Source: the human T2T-CHM13v2.0 reference genome, Homo sapiens | Length of the DNA stretch: 64,000 bases | Assembly (NCBI RefSeq): GCF_009914755.1 | Contig: NC_060940.1 | Reading direction: 5' to 3' (one strand) | In this document: positions 1-13,245 of the stretch, piece by piece | Layout of the letters: each line of letters starts with the position of its first letter | Position numbering within the stretch: the first letter of the stretch is position 1 | Position numbers and translations under genes: made by a program | The notes under the pieces: generated by a model | Told to the model about the DNA's origin: nothing | Databases searched by the model: none | The model's input: only the letters and a program-made list of their open reading frames with translations

Positions 1-202
1 TGAGTATTACTAAGCCTTTCTACATCGGTACAGGCTAGATAATTGGAAAAGAAAGGGTGTTAAGAATGCGGGCTCGAAGGCTGGACTTGGATCTAATGAA
101 TCCTAATATCTGGGAGTGGTGCTTGGGGACCTGTACTCAATAAGCCACCTGGGCGATTCTGATCCACCATTAGTGCATCTGATGTTTCTGCAGGTAACAC
201 AT

Positions 203-675
203 TGTATTAGTGTCCTATTGCTGCTGTGGAATATTACCATAAACTTTGTGTCTTAAAACAACACAAGTCTGTCATGTTTACAGGTCTGTGTCTGTTTAGA
301 AGTTCTAAATTATTTTCATGGGGTGAAAATAAAGGTGTCATCATGGCCTCCTACTGGAAGAATCCCATTCCTTGCCTTTTCCAGCTTCTAACAGCTGCTT
401 ATATTCCTCGGCTTATGGTCCTGCACGGCGCCTATCAGTTTCCTTTGTCTCGTCCCTTTCACTGACTCTGAATCTAACTCTCCAGCTTCCCTCTTTTAAG
501 GGCCCCTGTGATTACTGTGAGCCCTCTTGGATAATCCAAGATAATCTCCCTGTCTCAAGATTCTTAACTCCATCATGTCTGCAAAGCCACTTTTGCCATG
601 TAGGTAGCATATTCATAGGTCTGGGTATTAAGGTAAAGACATGCTTTGGATGCCCTTATTCAGCCTATATCCCAT
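203..675 (-). mobile_element. MLT1 (ERVL-MaLR) solo LTR, MLT1B/C-like
   Basis: Begins TGTATTAG..CCTATTGCTGCTGT, contains CTTAAAACAACAC and GGATAATCCAAGATAATCTCCC, all reverse-strand MLT1 hallmarks. Confidence 0.8.
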
Positions 676-1189
676 ACTGCCTTGATTTTGCTGAGGCTGA
701 TACAAGGGGCCCCAGAATTTGTTGCTGCAAATTTTCTTTTATAAAATCCAATAAACTGACTCTAGGAGATGTCACTGAAACACTTGCTAAAAATAATCTA
801 TATTCCACCAGGTAATCTGCAATCACCTGCATCATTTAGAACCCTCCATTTCATCATGCAATTAATTTATACATATATATATATACTTTCATTATTCACC
901 TGTTAACTCCATAACATGCTAATCACGAGCTAGTTTGCAGCAGTTATATTCCCTTCCTCACGGCTGCATGAGGATGCGATTAATTGGAAAACAGGGAGAC
1001 CAGAGACATGACCAGAAATGACGTCATGCATCCCATGCCATCGCAATACAATTGTCAGGTTCACTGGTGGTTTGGTAAAGCTGGTTCAGTTCTATTCCCT
1101 TTGTCAGGGATTCCCATGTGTGTGAAAATTGGACCAACAGTGGTGGGGTTCCATTTCCTGGTTCCATTTCCTATGTTCTTCTCAGAAGA

Positions 1190-1345
1190 TAGAATAGCGT
1201 CTGTTAAGACAAGATGGCTTAGGAGGCGGACTGACCTGAATTCACGTTCTGCCTTGGCCACTTACTAGCTGCATTGGTTTTGGCATATTACTTAACCTCT
1301 CTGTGCCTCAGTTTTATAATCTGAAAAATGGGATCTCATAGCTAT
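1190..1345 (+). mobile_element. MIR SINE
   Basis: Core CCACTTACTAGCTG...TTACTTAACCTCTCTGTGCCTCAGTTT. Confidence 0.85.
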
Positions 1346-2554
1346 TAACTAACAGCAAAGACTAGACCCCTAGGCCTACCTCTTCTCACTCCTGCACCCA
1401 TGTTTTGCTTGGTGTGCGGTGTAGTGGGCTTTTTTATTCTCTAAAATACCTTAATTTTTGTTTTGAGCCTCAATTCTAACATGCAGAGAAAACAAGGCTT
1501 GGGCTGTTTAGGGTTTTTATTCTCTCTTTTCTCAAGGGGTTGAGGCCAAGTTCTGGGGCATGTGGAGTGACATCATGCCGAAGACGTCATTAGCAGTCGG
1601 TGCCAGCTCCTCCTGAGAACTGCTCTGTTTCATCTGGTCAAAACCAGGACCACTCCAGGCCTCGGTCACTCTTGGCCTCTCTTGAATACAGGAAATATTT
1701 GGTAGTTCTTTCTCTAGGCTTGGGGAACAGGGAGAGAATGCACTCCCCACTGTGTCAGCGTGCACCTTGCTGGTCACTCAGAACCTTGAGGTTCCTGGCA
1801 CATCTATCTCAGAACAATTGGTCAGGGCAACCCCACTTCCATTTTTCCTCTGCTATTCCCTGATGACACAGGAAGGGGCATGCTAGGGTCTTGCCATTTT
1901 TCACCTGTGCTTTTTCTACCACACAATGTTTTGCACCCTCTGAAGCAAACCCTATCAGCCTCTCATCCAAGCTGCTTTGGAAGCTTTCTTTCATAGGCAG
2001 CCAGAGATAAGGGGCTGAGAATGGCGCAAGAAAACACCAAGAGTAGAGCTCCTAAAACCAGTGATCCCTTTGCTAGAAGACAAGCTATATGTGAGTCCAT
2101 CCCCTGCAAATCACTCCTTGGCAGAAGAAACTCAGAAGGCGGTGGAGGGGTTGTAGACAGGATAAAACACTTATGTTTAATTGCCTTGGGAGGGTCAGAA
2201 ACAAGTCTGTTCAGTTTTGTCAAGCTAATTTGTTAGAAAAGAATGTGCTCAGCATATAAACAAAAGCCTTTTTTCTATAAGCAATTAGGAACCACCCTAA
2301 TCTTACTCATTTAAACACACACCCAACCACAAAGCTGGAAAGACACCAAAGAGTTGGAAAGACACCAGAGTTGGGGCTGACCAACCGCTTTTGCTAAGCC
2401 TCAAACCTTTGCAATTAAAGACTGATCTTCCTTTCTGAAAAGCTTGTCTTTGCGAACCTCTGAGCGTTGATTTCCAATTTGTTTTTGGCCAGGCAGTATT
2501 CTCTGTGTACTTTATTTACATGATTTAGAATTTTCATGACATTCTTGCATTTTT

Positions 2555-2730
2555 TCCCATCACCCAAGTATTTATCATATTTATCATTTCTATATTTGGG
2601 TACATTGAAGGTCTTCTAGCTATTTGGAAAAAGTACAACTCATTTTGTTAACTATAGTCACTCTGCTGTGCTAGCAAACGTTACAACATACTCCTTCCAT
2701 CTGACTGTATGTTTTACTCATTCACTTTTA
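2555..2730 (-). mobile_element. L1MA-type LINE-1 3' fragment
   Basis: TATTTATCATTTCT...TTCTAGCTATTT...TTGTTAACTATAGTCAC, typical of reverse L1MA 3' UTR. Confidence 0.7.
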
Positions 2731-2834
2731 ACTTTAGCAGTGATGGTGTCAGGCTGTCCTCAACCACGCTGTAGAGGTGCATCCCCTCTGCTTCCACCAC
2801 AGCCTCCTCTCCTTTCTCCGTCTCACATTCACAC

Positions 2835-2995
2835 GCTGTTTTGTAACTGACAGCTTATGTGTCTCTGCCCTGTAAACACCGTGAGACCAGTCTTATGTCT
2901 ACCACTGTGTCCTCAGTGCCTTGTACCATGCCCGGCACATAGAGGCTACTGGGTAAATTATTGTTGAGCAAATGAATGAATGAATGAGTGAATGC
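2835..2995 (+). mobile_element. L2 LINE 3' end
   Basis: CACTGTGTCCTCAGTGCCT...GGCACATAG...TGTTGA followed by (TGAA)n tail. Confidence 0.8.
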
Positions 2996-3299
2996 CTTCT
3001 CTGGGAGGGAAGGTCAAAGGTGTCAGAGGTCATTGCCACAGTGATGAGGATCTGCAAATCTGCAAAGCAAATAACACTGAAAATGGAAGCTATCTTTCCC
3101 CCAAATTTCTATGAAATTGAATTTCAAAATTGAAGTGGAAATGAATCACAAGATGGTAGATATCTCATTAAGAGAGATCTCATTAAGAGAACTCATACAT
3201 ACTTTGATTGAATAATCAGGGCCAATGTTTTCTGAACACTTATTACATGCCAACCACTGACACAGCACTCTTTACATGCATTCCTTCCTCCATTGGGTA

Positions 3300-3720
3300 C
3301 TTGAGCTGAATGTCTTCCACTGGCCCTTCCAGATCCGCATCTGTGCTTTTTCCATCCCTGCCCTGGTGCTGGAATGCTAACCTGTAGAGACTGACTAGGT
3401 CCTCTTGCTCTCCAGCTTCTAGATGGATTCAACCATTGGGAGGCATCAGCAGAAGTCAGAGAAGAGGGTAAAATGCAGTCCGGCTATTTAGTCTGTTGGC
3501 TGTTTCCCTGCCAAGTCACCATGGGTGATTTAACTGTATCTACTGAAGACCACAGTGCCTGTCTTGCAGCCTTCTCCATACAATTACCTTTTCTGGATGC
3601 CAGTAACCACCTCTTCCTCTTGCCCTTGCAGGCTTAGAGACGTATCAGCTGCCTTCTGTTATTACCCCAGGGGTATTCACCATGCCATGTGGGTTTCCTT
3701 AAATCCTGTCACCCTTTTCT
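3300..3720 (+). mobile_element. ERVL solo LTR, LTR33-like, inserted into a reverse MIR
   Basis: GGAGGCATCAGCAGAAGTCAGAG and GTAACCACCTCTTCCTCTTGCCCTT motifs; MIR pieces flank it. Confidence 0.55.
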
Positions 3721-3799
3721 CATAACAACAGTTATGTCATTAATAGCTCCATTTTAAAGAGAGGACACTAAGTCTTAAAGAGATTAAGAGACACTTCGA

Positions 3800-4083
3800 G
3801 GCCAGGTGTGGTGGCTCATGCCTGTAATCCTAGCACTTTGGGAGGCTGAGGCAGGAGGATCACTGGAGCCCAGGAGTTCAAGACCAGCCTGAGCAACATG
3901 GCAAGACCCCATCTCTACAGAAAAGTAAAAAATTTAGCTTGGCGTGGTGGCACATGCCTGTAGTCCCAGCTACTCAGAAGGCTGAGGCAGGAGAACCACT
4001 TGTGCCCAGGAAGTCAAGGCTGCAATGAGCCCTTTTCATGCCACTGCATTCCAGCCTTGGCAACAGAGCAAGATCCTGTCACT

Positions 4084-4102
<19 letters not shown>
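3800..4102 (+). mobile_element. AluJ
   Basis: Full dimer from GGCCAGGTGTGG to poly(A); J-type GGAGGATCACTGGAGCCCAGG and GTCAAGGCTGCA. Confidence 0.95.
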
Positions 4103-4114
<12 letters not shown>

Positions 4115-4754
4115 GTGTCCAAGGTCACCGAGTCAGTAGGAGCAGATCCTCCAACCTAGATCTGTCTAACTCTACTGCTAATGCTTCCCTTCTGTGATAT
4201 TTAAGGTGAGAGTGTGGCTGGTGCCCCAAGGCTGAGATGTAACTCGGAGAAAAACTAACTGGAGCAATGTTTACTGGGAGCCAAGAGCAGAATTCTCATT
4301 TCAGACCTCCGCTTCCACAGATGGGCACTTAGAGTTTGGCTCTGAGGGGTGGTGGTGGTTCACAGAGAGTTCAAACCCCATCACAGACACATGTGGGTGA
4401 ATAAAGTGTCAGGGTCTTTGCTTTTTCCAAGTGCCTGATACAGGCTTGCAGATGCGTGGGGGTGTGAACAAGAGAGCCTCAAGTGGATTTCACTCTTGGA
4501 TGTAGCCTATAAATATGTATGTTGGGCACCATGAATCATTTAGGGCTGGATTGGTTGCAGTTTTTCATTTTTTAAGGGATGGTTTCATGACTCAGAGATA
4601 CTGGCATGCACCCCCAAGGTCAGAGTGGATCCGAACGCTTTACAGAAATTGGAAGGAAACAAAATATTTGCTGCCTAGCTTTATTCTGAGAACTTTTTCT
4701 AAGTTTAAAAACATACAAGGGAGCAGAGAACGGGTCACAAATGAGCTTCATTCA

Positions 4755-5551
4755 GGGTTGTGGTGTTTTGATATATATATTTTACTGGATTTTGACCACA
4801 ATCCATGGCTCATAGCTTCCATAGCCTTTTTCCAGTCTTTTATTAGAATGTCAGGTGTGCCAGGCCTCAGGAAACAGAAGCTCGCTGACTTTCCCCAGCC
4901 CTCCTCTCCCTCTAATCCTTCCCCGGTCTTTCTGATTGTGGGTCTTAAGACCACCCATCCCCAGAGAGAGTCCTGCTTTATATCCTGGCGAAAGGAATGT
5001 TGAGGTCATGAATCTTCCCTAAAAACACAAGAGAACTGGGTCCAGAGATCTTCTGGATAACTGAACATGTAGAGGTTTCTGAAGGGTGGTCCCCAGGGAG
5101 AGCATGGAAGCTCTGTGTCCCTTCTCCCATACCTCACCCTACACATCTCTTCATTTGGATCCTTTGCAATATCTTTTACAATAAACTGATAAATGCATTT
5201 CCCTGAGTTCTGTGAGATGCTCCAGTAAATCAGTTAGATTCAAGGAGGGATTCTTGGGAACCCCAGTTTGAAGCCAGTCAGAAATTTCAGAGGCCTGGGC
5301 TCACGACTGGTGTCTGGGGTAGGGGTGAGGGGGCAGTCTTGGTAACTGAGCCGTCAATCAGTGGCATCTGATGCTATCTCCAGGCAGATAGTGTAAGAAT
5401 CAAATTAGAGGACACCCAGCTGGTATTCCCTGCTTGGCGTGTGGAGGAAAAAAACCCATATATTTGGTCACAGAAGCCTTCCATGTTGATGATTGTTGTT
5501 GTGGTAGTGTGAGACTAGAGGAGAAACATAGTTTGAGAGTTTTTCCGAAAC
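4755..5551 (+). mobile_element. MER21-family solo LTR
   Basis: TTCCCTGAGTTCTGTGAG, GGGAACCCC, TCTGATGCTATCTCCAGGCAGATAGTG and TAGAGGACACCCAGCTGGT motifs; ends in CA. Confidence 0.75.
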
Positions 5552-5862
5552 AAGTGTGATAAAAGCTTTGGAAATTGTATAGCTTTTATAATTTTTTTCA
5601 CCCCTTGTACAATTGTAACTTCACCTCTCCGAGCCTCGGTTCCCACATCAGCACAATGGGCATAAGAGCTCAATGAGATGTGTGCCTCTACAGCACCAGT
5701 ACAGGACATGGACTTCACATGCATAACTGGTGGTCTTCCTCCTCTTCCTCTCAAGTAGCTCCAACTCACAGCCAAATCTGAGTGCCTAGCATGCTTCCAG
5801 CCAGCCCTCAGAAATTAGCAGTTGTTAATTGGTGAATGTTGCCTCTCTGGCTGTATAGTAAG

Positions 5863-6246
5863 TGTATTAGTCCGTTCTCACATTGCTGTAAAAAACTATC
5901 TGAGACTGGGTAATTTATAAAGAAAAGAGATTTAATTGGCTCACAGTGTGGCAGGTTGTACAGGAAGCATGGTTGGGGAGGCCTCAGAAAACTTACAATC
6001 ATGGTGGAAGGTGAAGAGGAAGGAGACAGCTCTTACATGGCTGGATGAGCAGGAAGCGTGGGGAAGAGTTGCTATACACTTTTAAACAACCAGATCTCCG
6101 GAGAACTCACCTGCTATCACAAGAACAGCAGCAAGGGGGACGTCCACTCCCATGATCCAATCACCTCCCACCAGGTTTCTCCTCCAACACTGGGGCCTAT
6201 AATTCGACATGAGATTTGGGCAGGGACACAGAGGCAGACCATATCA
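5863..6246 (-). mobile_element. MSTA-like MaLR solo LTR
   Basis: TGTATTAGTCCGTTCTCAC...ACCATATCA; perfect 5-bp TSD GTAAG at 5858-5862 and 6247-6251. Confidence 0.92.
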
Positions 6247-6313
6247 GTAAGCTCCTGCATGGTATGTGTATCAGTCAAGTGATGCTGCAGTAACAACACT
6301 AAGCCTCTTGTTC

Positions 6314-6731
6314 TTTTTTTTTTTTAACTTTAAGTTCTGGGATACATATGCAGAATGTGCATGTTTGTTACATAGGTATGAATGTGCCATGGTGGTTTGC
6401 TGCACCTATCAACCCGTCATCTAGGTTTAAGCCCCACATGCATTAGGTATGTGTCCTAATGCTTTCCCTCCCCTTGCCCCGCACCCCCCGACAGGCCCTG
6501 GTGTGTGATCTTCCCCTCCCTGTGTCCATGTGTTCTCATTGGTCAACTCCCACTTATGAGTGAGAACATGCAGTGTTTGGTTTTCTGTTCCTGTGTTAGT
6601 TTGCTGAGAAGGATGGCTTCTAGCTTCATCCGTGTCCCTGCAAAGGACATGAGCTCATTCTTTTTTATGGGTGCATGGTATTCCACGGTGTATATATGCC
6701 ACATTTTCTTTATCCAGTCTATCATTGAGGG
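6314..6731 (-). mobile_element. L1PA 3' end (5'-truncated)
   Basis: Poly(T) head, L1PA 3' UTR, ORF2 C-terminal peptide IDWIKKMWHIYT; TSD TAAGCC(T)CTTGTTCT on both sides. Confidence 0.93.
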
Positions 6732-6769
6732 TAAGCCCTTGTTCTCATACCATATTGCTTCCCTTTTTC

Positions 6770-7290
6770 CTTTTTTATTGATATATAACAATTGTACATA
6801 TTTTGAGGGTACTTGTGATATATTTTGAGGGTACTTGTGATATTTCAATACCTGTATAAAATGTGTAATTATCAAATGAGGGTAAATAGAACATTCATCA
6901 CCTCAAACTTTTATCTGTTCTTTGTGTTGAGAACATTTCAATTCTTCTCTTCTAGGTATTTTGAAATATACAATAAGTTATTGTTAACTCTAATTTCCCT
7001 TTGTGCTATCAAATGCTAAAACATATTGCTTCTGTGTTTTTGTACCCCTTAACCAACTTTTCTTCATCTCTCCACACTGCCTTTTCTTCCCAGCCTCTGG
7101 TAACCAGCATTCTACTCTCTATCTCTATGAGATCCACTTTTTAAGCTCCAGTATATGAGTGAGAATCTGAGATGTTTATCTCTCTTTACCTGACTTACTT
7201 CATGTAACATAATGACCTTTGGTTCCATTCATATTGCTGCAAATGACAGAATTTTGTTATTTTTTATGGTTGAATAATATTCTATTGTTT
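6770..7290 (-). mobile_element. L1MA 3' end
   Basis: AATTGTACATATTT...CAGCCTCTGGTAACCA...ATATGAGTGAGAA...TTGCTGCAAATGACAGAATTT. Confidence 0.85.
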
Positions 7291-7294
7291 CACT

Positions 7295-7740
7295 CCCATA
7301 CTGTCTGCCTAGACACCCTTTCTCCACGTCATCCAGAGGGTTACCCTAGAGGCTTCCATGTTAGAAACAGGGGACCCCATTCCTGCACGGAGTTGATTCC
7401 AGATGGTTCATGGATGGGCATCTGATCCAGGCAGAATCCTTCCCTGAGAATGGGGATCTAGAACTCAGAAAGAGACTTGGAACATGTTGGTATGTATGTA
7501 TGCTTTCACATGGACCAGCGAAATGGTGAAAGCTAGACTGGGTAGAGAGATTGAAAATAAAACAGCCATTAAGATAGGAGAAGGATTGAGAGAAGAGATT
7601 TTCATGAGAGCACTCAGAAGTCCTTGATTCCAATTAGACCTGAGGCCCAGCCACATTACTGTCTTGGCTTCCAAGAATAATCCTAGTACCCTACTTCTCT
7701 GAAAATCCTTCGGTTTCTGTCACTTGCAACCAAGAGTCAG
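7295..7740 (+). mobile_element. Old MaLR LTR (MLT1K/L-like)
   Basis: Ends GGTTTCTGTCACTTGCAACCAAGAGTC; degraded. Confidence 0.5.
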
Positions 7741-7991
7741 CATCCAGGTGGCAGACTGACATCTATCAACTTGGTTTAACTTATTATTTTGAAATAATTT
7801 TAGACTTCTCGCCAACACATTTTTACTCCATATCATTTCTGATTTGTTTTTGCTCACTTATAAAATGGAAAGAAATATTTTCTGGAACCATTCTTTTTTT
7901 TAGTAGAATGCATATAAAAATCTACTCTAGAGCCTAGCATAGCAAATGCTTAGTGGGGATCTGCAATAATCCTCTCTATACCTTCTTTCTC

Positions 7992-8287
<296 letters not shown>

Positions 8288-8412
8288 CACTTCTTTCCCT
8301 TAAAGATATTTGCTTCTTGGTTCTGCACCAGGCTAGGCTAAGTAGTTGCCAGCCCATTTTTCTGGTTCCTTTCCTGAATGAATGGTTTCCACCTCTTTCT
8401 TCATTGCTTGTA

Positions 8413-9140
8413 CAGTCATCCCTTGCTATCTGAGAGGGATTTGTTCCAGGACCCTGGCAGATACCAAAATCTGCAGATGCTCAAGTTGCATATGTGAAAT
8501 GACATAATATTTGCATATAACCTATACATATCTCTGTGTGTTAGGCCGTTCTTGCATTGCTACAGAGAAATACCCGAGACTCGGTAATTTATAAAGAAAA
8601 GAGCTTTAATTGGCTCACAGTTCTGTAGGGCGTACAGGAAGCATCACATAAGCATCTGCTTCTGGCGAGGCCTCAGGAAGCTTACAATCATGGCAGAAAA
8701 TGAAGAGGGAGCAGGTGTCTCACGTGGTGGGAGCAGGAAGGAGGCAGGGGCTGCCACACACTTTTAAATGACCAGATCTTTCAAGAACTCAGACAGAGAA
8801 CTCATTTATCACCAAGGGGACGGCCCAAGCCTTTCATGACGGATCTGCCCCCATGATCCAAAAAGCTGCCACCAGACCCCACCTCCAACATTTGGGATTA
8901 TAATTCAACATGAGATTTGGGTGGGACATCCAAACTTTATCACTCCATATACTTTAAATCATCTCTAGATTACTTATAATACTAACATAATGTAAATGCT
9001 ATGTAAATAGATACTATACTGCATTGTTTTTAAGTTTCCATTATTTTCATTGTTATATTGTTATCTGTTTTTTCCGGATATTTGCTACTGTGGTTGGTTG
9101 AATCTGCAACATGTAACCGTTGGATACAGAGGACTAGCTC
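8413..9140 (+). mobile_element. MER2 (TcMar-Tigger) DNA transposon, split by an MST LTR
   Basis: TA|CAGTCATCCCT start, GTTCCAGGACCC, TACTTTAAATCATCTCTAGATTAC and TTGGTTGAATC. Confidence 0.85.
8537..8942 (-). mobile_element. MSTB-like MaLR solo LTR nested in MER2
   Basis: TGTGTTAGGCCGTTCTTGCATTGC...CAAACTTTATCA; degenerate TSD CTCTG/CTCCA. Confidence 0.9.
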
Positions 9141-9961
9141 CATGTGCATTTGGGCCAAGACAGTTTGGGTTGGGCCAATGCAATTATTTGGGAAAGTGCT
9201 GGATGGCAGGGACACTTTGGAATCAGAAAGGAGAATCTCTTTTAAAGCAAGGGATCTCACTCAATGAGACAAAAGAGAACTTTTAACAAGGTCAATACTT
9301 GAACTTGACTATATCCAAAGTAGTAAATGCTAGTGCTCCTTCAAACCCTTTCATCTGATGTTTCAGGAAGATAATGGACCACCAGGGGGGTTTGTTAGCC
9401 AGTGAACTTGGCCTCCACAGTCATCCTTCCCCACTCTTTCCACCTGAGCCCCTAATGGCTTTACCTCCCGACCATTCTTCCCCCCAGATTAAATATATAT
9501 GGTCAAAGGATATCAAAATTCCTCAAAATGCAAAAAAAAAAAAAGGAATTAGTTATAATTTTATGTCAAAGAATGTGAAATGTCTATTTAAGGACAGTGT
9601 TTTAGTTATTAATTATGAACTGTTATTGACCCACTGTCATACTTCAACATAAATGCTGCGTTTTTCTCTGTCATCTGGGAAGCTTTCATATGAAGTCTTC
9701 TTTATTCTCATGACTAATAGCTGATCCTATAAGTACCCTCTTACATATACATTACTGTTGCATATACAATATTCCCATAAGATTATAGTATTCTCTTTTT
9801 ACTGTACTGTTTCTATGTTTGGATATGTCTAGATACACAAATACTTACCATTGTTACAGCTGCCTACAGTATTTCATATGGCAACATGCTGTACAGATTT
9901 GTAGTCTAGGAGTAATAGGCTGTACCATATATCCTGAGTATGTAGTAGGTGATATCTCTAA

Positions 9962-10335
<374 letters not shown>

Positions 10336-10633
10336 TTATTTTTTTTGAGACAGAGTTTCACTCTTGCCACCTAGGCTGGAGTATAATGGCACTATCTCAG
10401 CTCACTACAACCTCCACCTCCTGGGTTCAAGCGATTCTCCTGCCTAGGCCTCCTGAAGTAGCTGGGATTACAAGCGCATGCCACCACACCCGGCTAATTT
10501 TTTTGTATTTTTAGTTGAAGCAGGGACTCACCATGTTGGCCAGCCTGGTCTTGAATTCCTGACCTCAGGTGATCCACCCACCTCAGTCTCTCAAAGTGCT
10601 GGGATTACAGGCATGAGCCACTGTGCCCTGCCT
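10336..10633 (-). mobile_element. AluS
   Basis: Full reverse Alu; outer TSD ATGCATTCTT near 10015 and 10638. Confidence 0.93.
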
Positions 10634-10717
10634 AGCGATGCATTCTTTAGACTTGTATCTCTGTTGTTAAGCGATGTATGACTGTGTGTGTATATATTTT
10701 TTTTCTCACTTGATCCC

Positions 10718-11050
10718 TGATATGGCTTGGCTGTGTCTCAACTCAAATCTCATCTTGAATTGTAGCTCCCATAATTCCCACGTGTTGTGAGAGGGATCCA
10801 GTGGGAGATAATTGAATCATGGGTGCAGTTCCCCCATACTGTTCTCATGGTAGTGAATAAGTCTCATGAGATCTGATGATGTTATAAGTGGTTTCCCCTT
10901 TCGCTTGGCTCTCATTCATTCCTTGCCTTCCACCATGATTGTGAGACATCCCCAGCCATGTGGAACTGTGAGTCAATTAAACCTGTTTCCTTTATAAATT
11001 ACCCAGTCTCAGGTATGTCTTTACTAGCACCGTGAGAGCAAACAAATACA
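10718..11050 (+). mobile_element. THE1 (B/C-like) solo LTR
   Basis: TGATATGGCTTGGCTGTGTC...CAAATACA; perfect TSD ATCCC at 10713-10717 and 11051-11055. Confidence 0.92.
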
Positions 11051-11059
11051 ATCCCCCGT

Positions 11060-11225
11060 GAATGCTATGAGATAGATTCTATTATCTTCATTACATAAAT
11101 GGGGAAACTGAGGCACAGAGTGGTTAAGTAACATTCCCAAGGTCACAGTGCAGGTAAGTAGCAGATCTGGGATTGGAACAAGGAAGTCAGACTCCAGAGC
11201 CTACATATGTACACCATTGCCTGTG
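11060..11225 (-). mobile_element. MIR
   Basis: GGAAACTGAGGCACAGAG..GGTTAAGTAAC...CCAAGGTCACA...CAGACTCCAGAGCC. Confidence 0.88.
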
Positions 11226-11563
11226 TTGACACTGCAGTGGACAGTGTAAAAAGAGGCATGCATGGGATACCAGGGGTCTGGTTAAATCAAATGAAATTGG
11301 AAATATTCAACCACTTTAACCTAAAAGATGTCAATTTCATATGGTAGGAACATAGTAGACATACAAGATAGTAAGTCAAAAAGGGCATCCCTGGGAGATG
11401 TTTGGCTGCAGCTGAGTTTGTGAAGATAAAGAGGCAAAGAAAGTTTAGGAACAGATGATGTTGGCAGAAGCCATAGCAGGAGCAGTTACGAGGGCATGGA
11501 AGAGCACAACACAATATGCTGACTGGAATGTTGGGTGTTTGTCGAACAATGGTGGGAAATGAG

Positions 11564-11862
11564 GGCCGGGCACAGTGACGCACACCTGTAATCCCAGCAC
11601 TTTGGGAGGCTGAGGCGGGTGGATTGCCTGAGACCAGCCTGGGTGACATGGACAGACCCTATCTCTACAAAACAAACAAACAAACAAAAACAGAAAAATT
11701 AGCCAGGTGTGGTGGTGTGCACCTGTAGTCTCAGCTCCTTGGGAGGATGAGGTGGGAAGATCACTTGAGCCCGTGAGGTCAAGGCTGCAGTGAGCCATGA
11801 TTGTGCCACTGCACCCCAGCCTGGGCAACAGAGCAAGAGCCTGTCTCAAACATACATAAAGC
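11564..11862 (+). mobile_element. AluJ with internal deletion in the left arm
   Basis: GGCCGGGCACAGTG start, GGTCAAGGCTGCAGTGAGCCATG; TSD AAATGAG. Confidence 0.92.
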
Positions 11863-11871
11863 AAATGAGGA

Positions 11872-12060
11872 CAGAACCTGAAGCCCCTTTGGGTAAACTG
11901 AGTCTGAGTCTTTCCTCTGGAAACGACAGGCTTTCTGATTCTCTGCCCAATTTTCTTCTTGGTGCAATGTATGTATTGATCCACTCGAGCTCTTTGGGAT
12001 GTTCTGTGTCTTCTTCCCTTCTGTAGTGTGCCAGGCAAAGCACTTAGCACTTAGAAGGTG
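11872..12060 (+). repeat. Segment B1, donor of the inverted copy at 15043-15231
   Basis: Reverse complement aligns with 15043-15231 (CTGATTCTCTGCCCAAT / ATTGGGCAGAGAATCAG; AATGTATGTATTGATCCACTC / GAGTGGATCAATACATACATT). Confidence 0.92.
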
Positions 12061-12289
12061 CTGATCGGCCAACTGACTGCTGATGATAATATTACATGTC
12101 AGAGAAACCAACCAAAGGTTAACTTTATTTCAAACAGGTTGTAATATATTCTCTGCTTTTCACTATTTGGGAGAGGGAAATGTTCTTATTTTTTCTTTAA
12201 TTATAAAGGCCCTTTTAAGTTTTCCTGTGGAAGCAGCCCTAAAATCAAAGGCTATATTGCTGCAAGATGTATATTGAAGTTCAGGTTCA

Positions 12290-12480
12290 ACTAATTGGTG
12301 TTAAGCACTTATAATACACCCAATAATTTCATGTAACTATGTTCACTGAATCTTAAAAACCCTGAAAAATAGGCTCTATTGTCTCCATTCTTTACATAAA
12401 GAAACTGAGAAAGATGCATTAACAGACTTGCTCATAAACGGTGAAGTCAGAATTTGAACTCTGCTCTCTTTGTTCTTTGC
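12290..12480 (-). mobile_element. MIR
   Basis: CCATTCTTTACATAAAGAAACTGAG...GTCAGAATTTGAACTC. Confidence 0.65.
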
Positions 12481-12774
12481 CATGGCTTTTCCCTCTACAA
12501 AGATGCTACTGGGAATCCATTGGTGATAATGACGATGACGATGATGATGATGGTAACGAGGATGACGGTGCCAGTAGCCACAAAACTAGAAAACACTGAT
12601 TACCATGTTGTGTAACAGAAATTGTCCTAAGCACCTCAAGGAATAATTATTTACTTTTCAGAGCCTTTTTTTTTTTTTTTAACCTTTTGGAGACTTTCCT
12701 GATGGTGAAACTGAGGCTAACAAGTGTCAAGTAACCTGTTGAGATTACGTAGCTTACTCATAAGAGGGCTGGAT

Positions 12775-13245
<471 letters not shown>

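Noticed and set aside
372-815. 147-aa ORF
   Set aside because: Mostly within the MLT1 LTR and uses a non-ATG start
4515-5003. 162-aa ORF
   Set aside because: Crosses into the MER21 LTR; no recognisable protein family
11445-12050. Longest ORF in the window (201 aa, minus strand)
   Set aside because: Runs through an antisense AluJ and gives typical Alu-derived peptide; no domain or splice support
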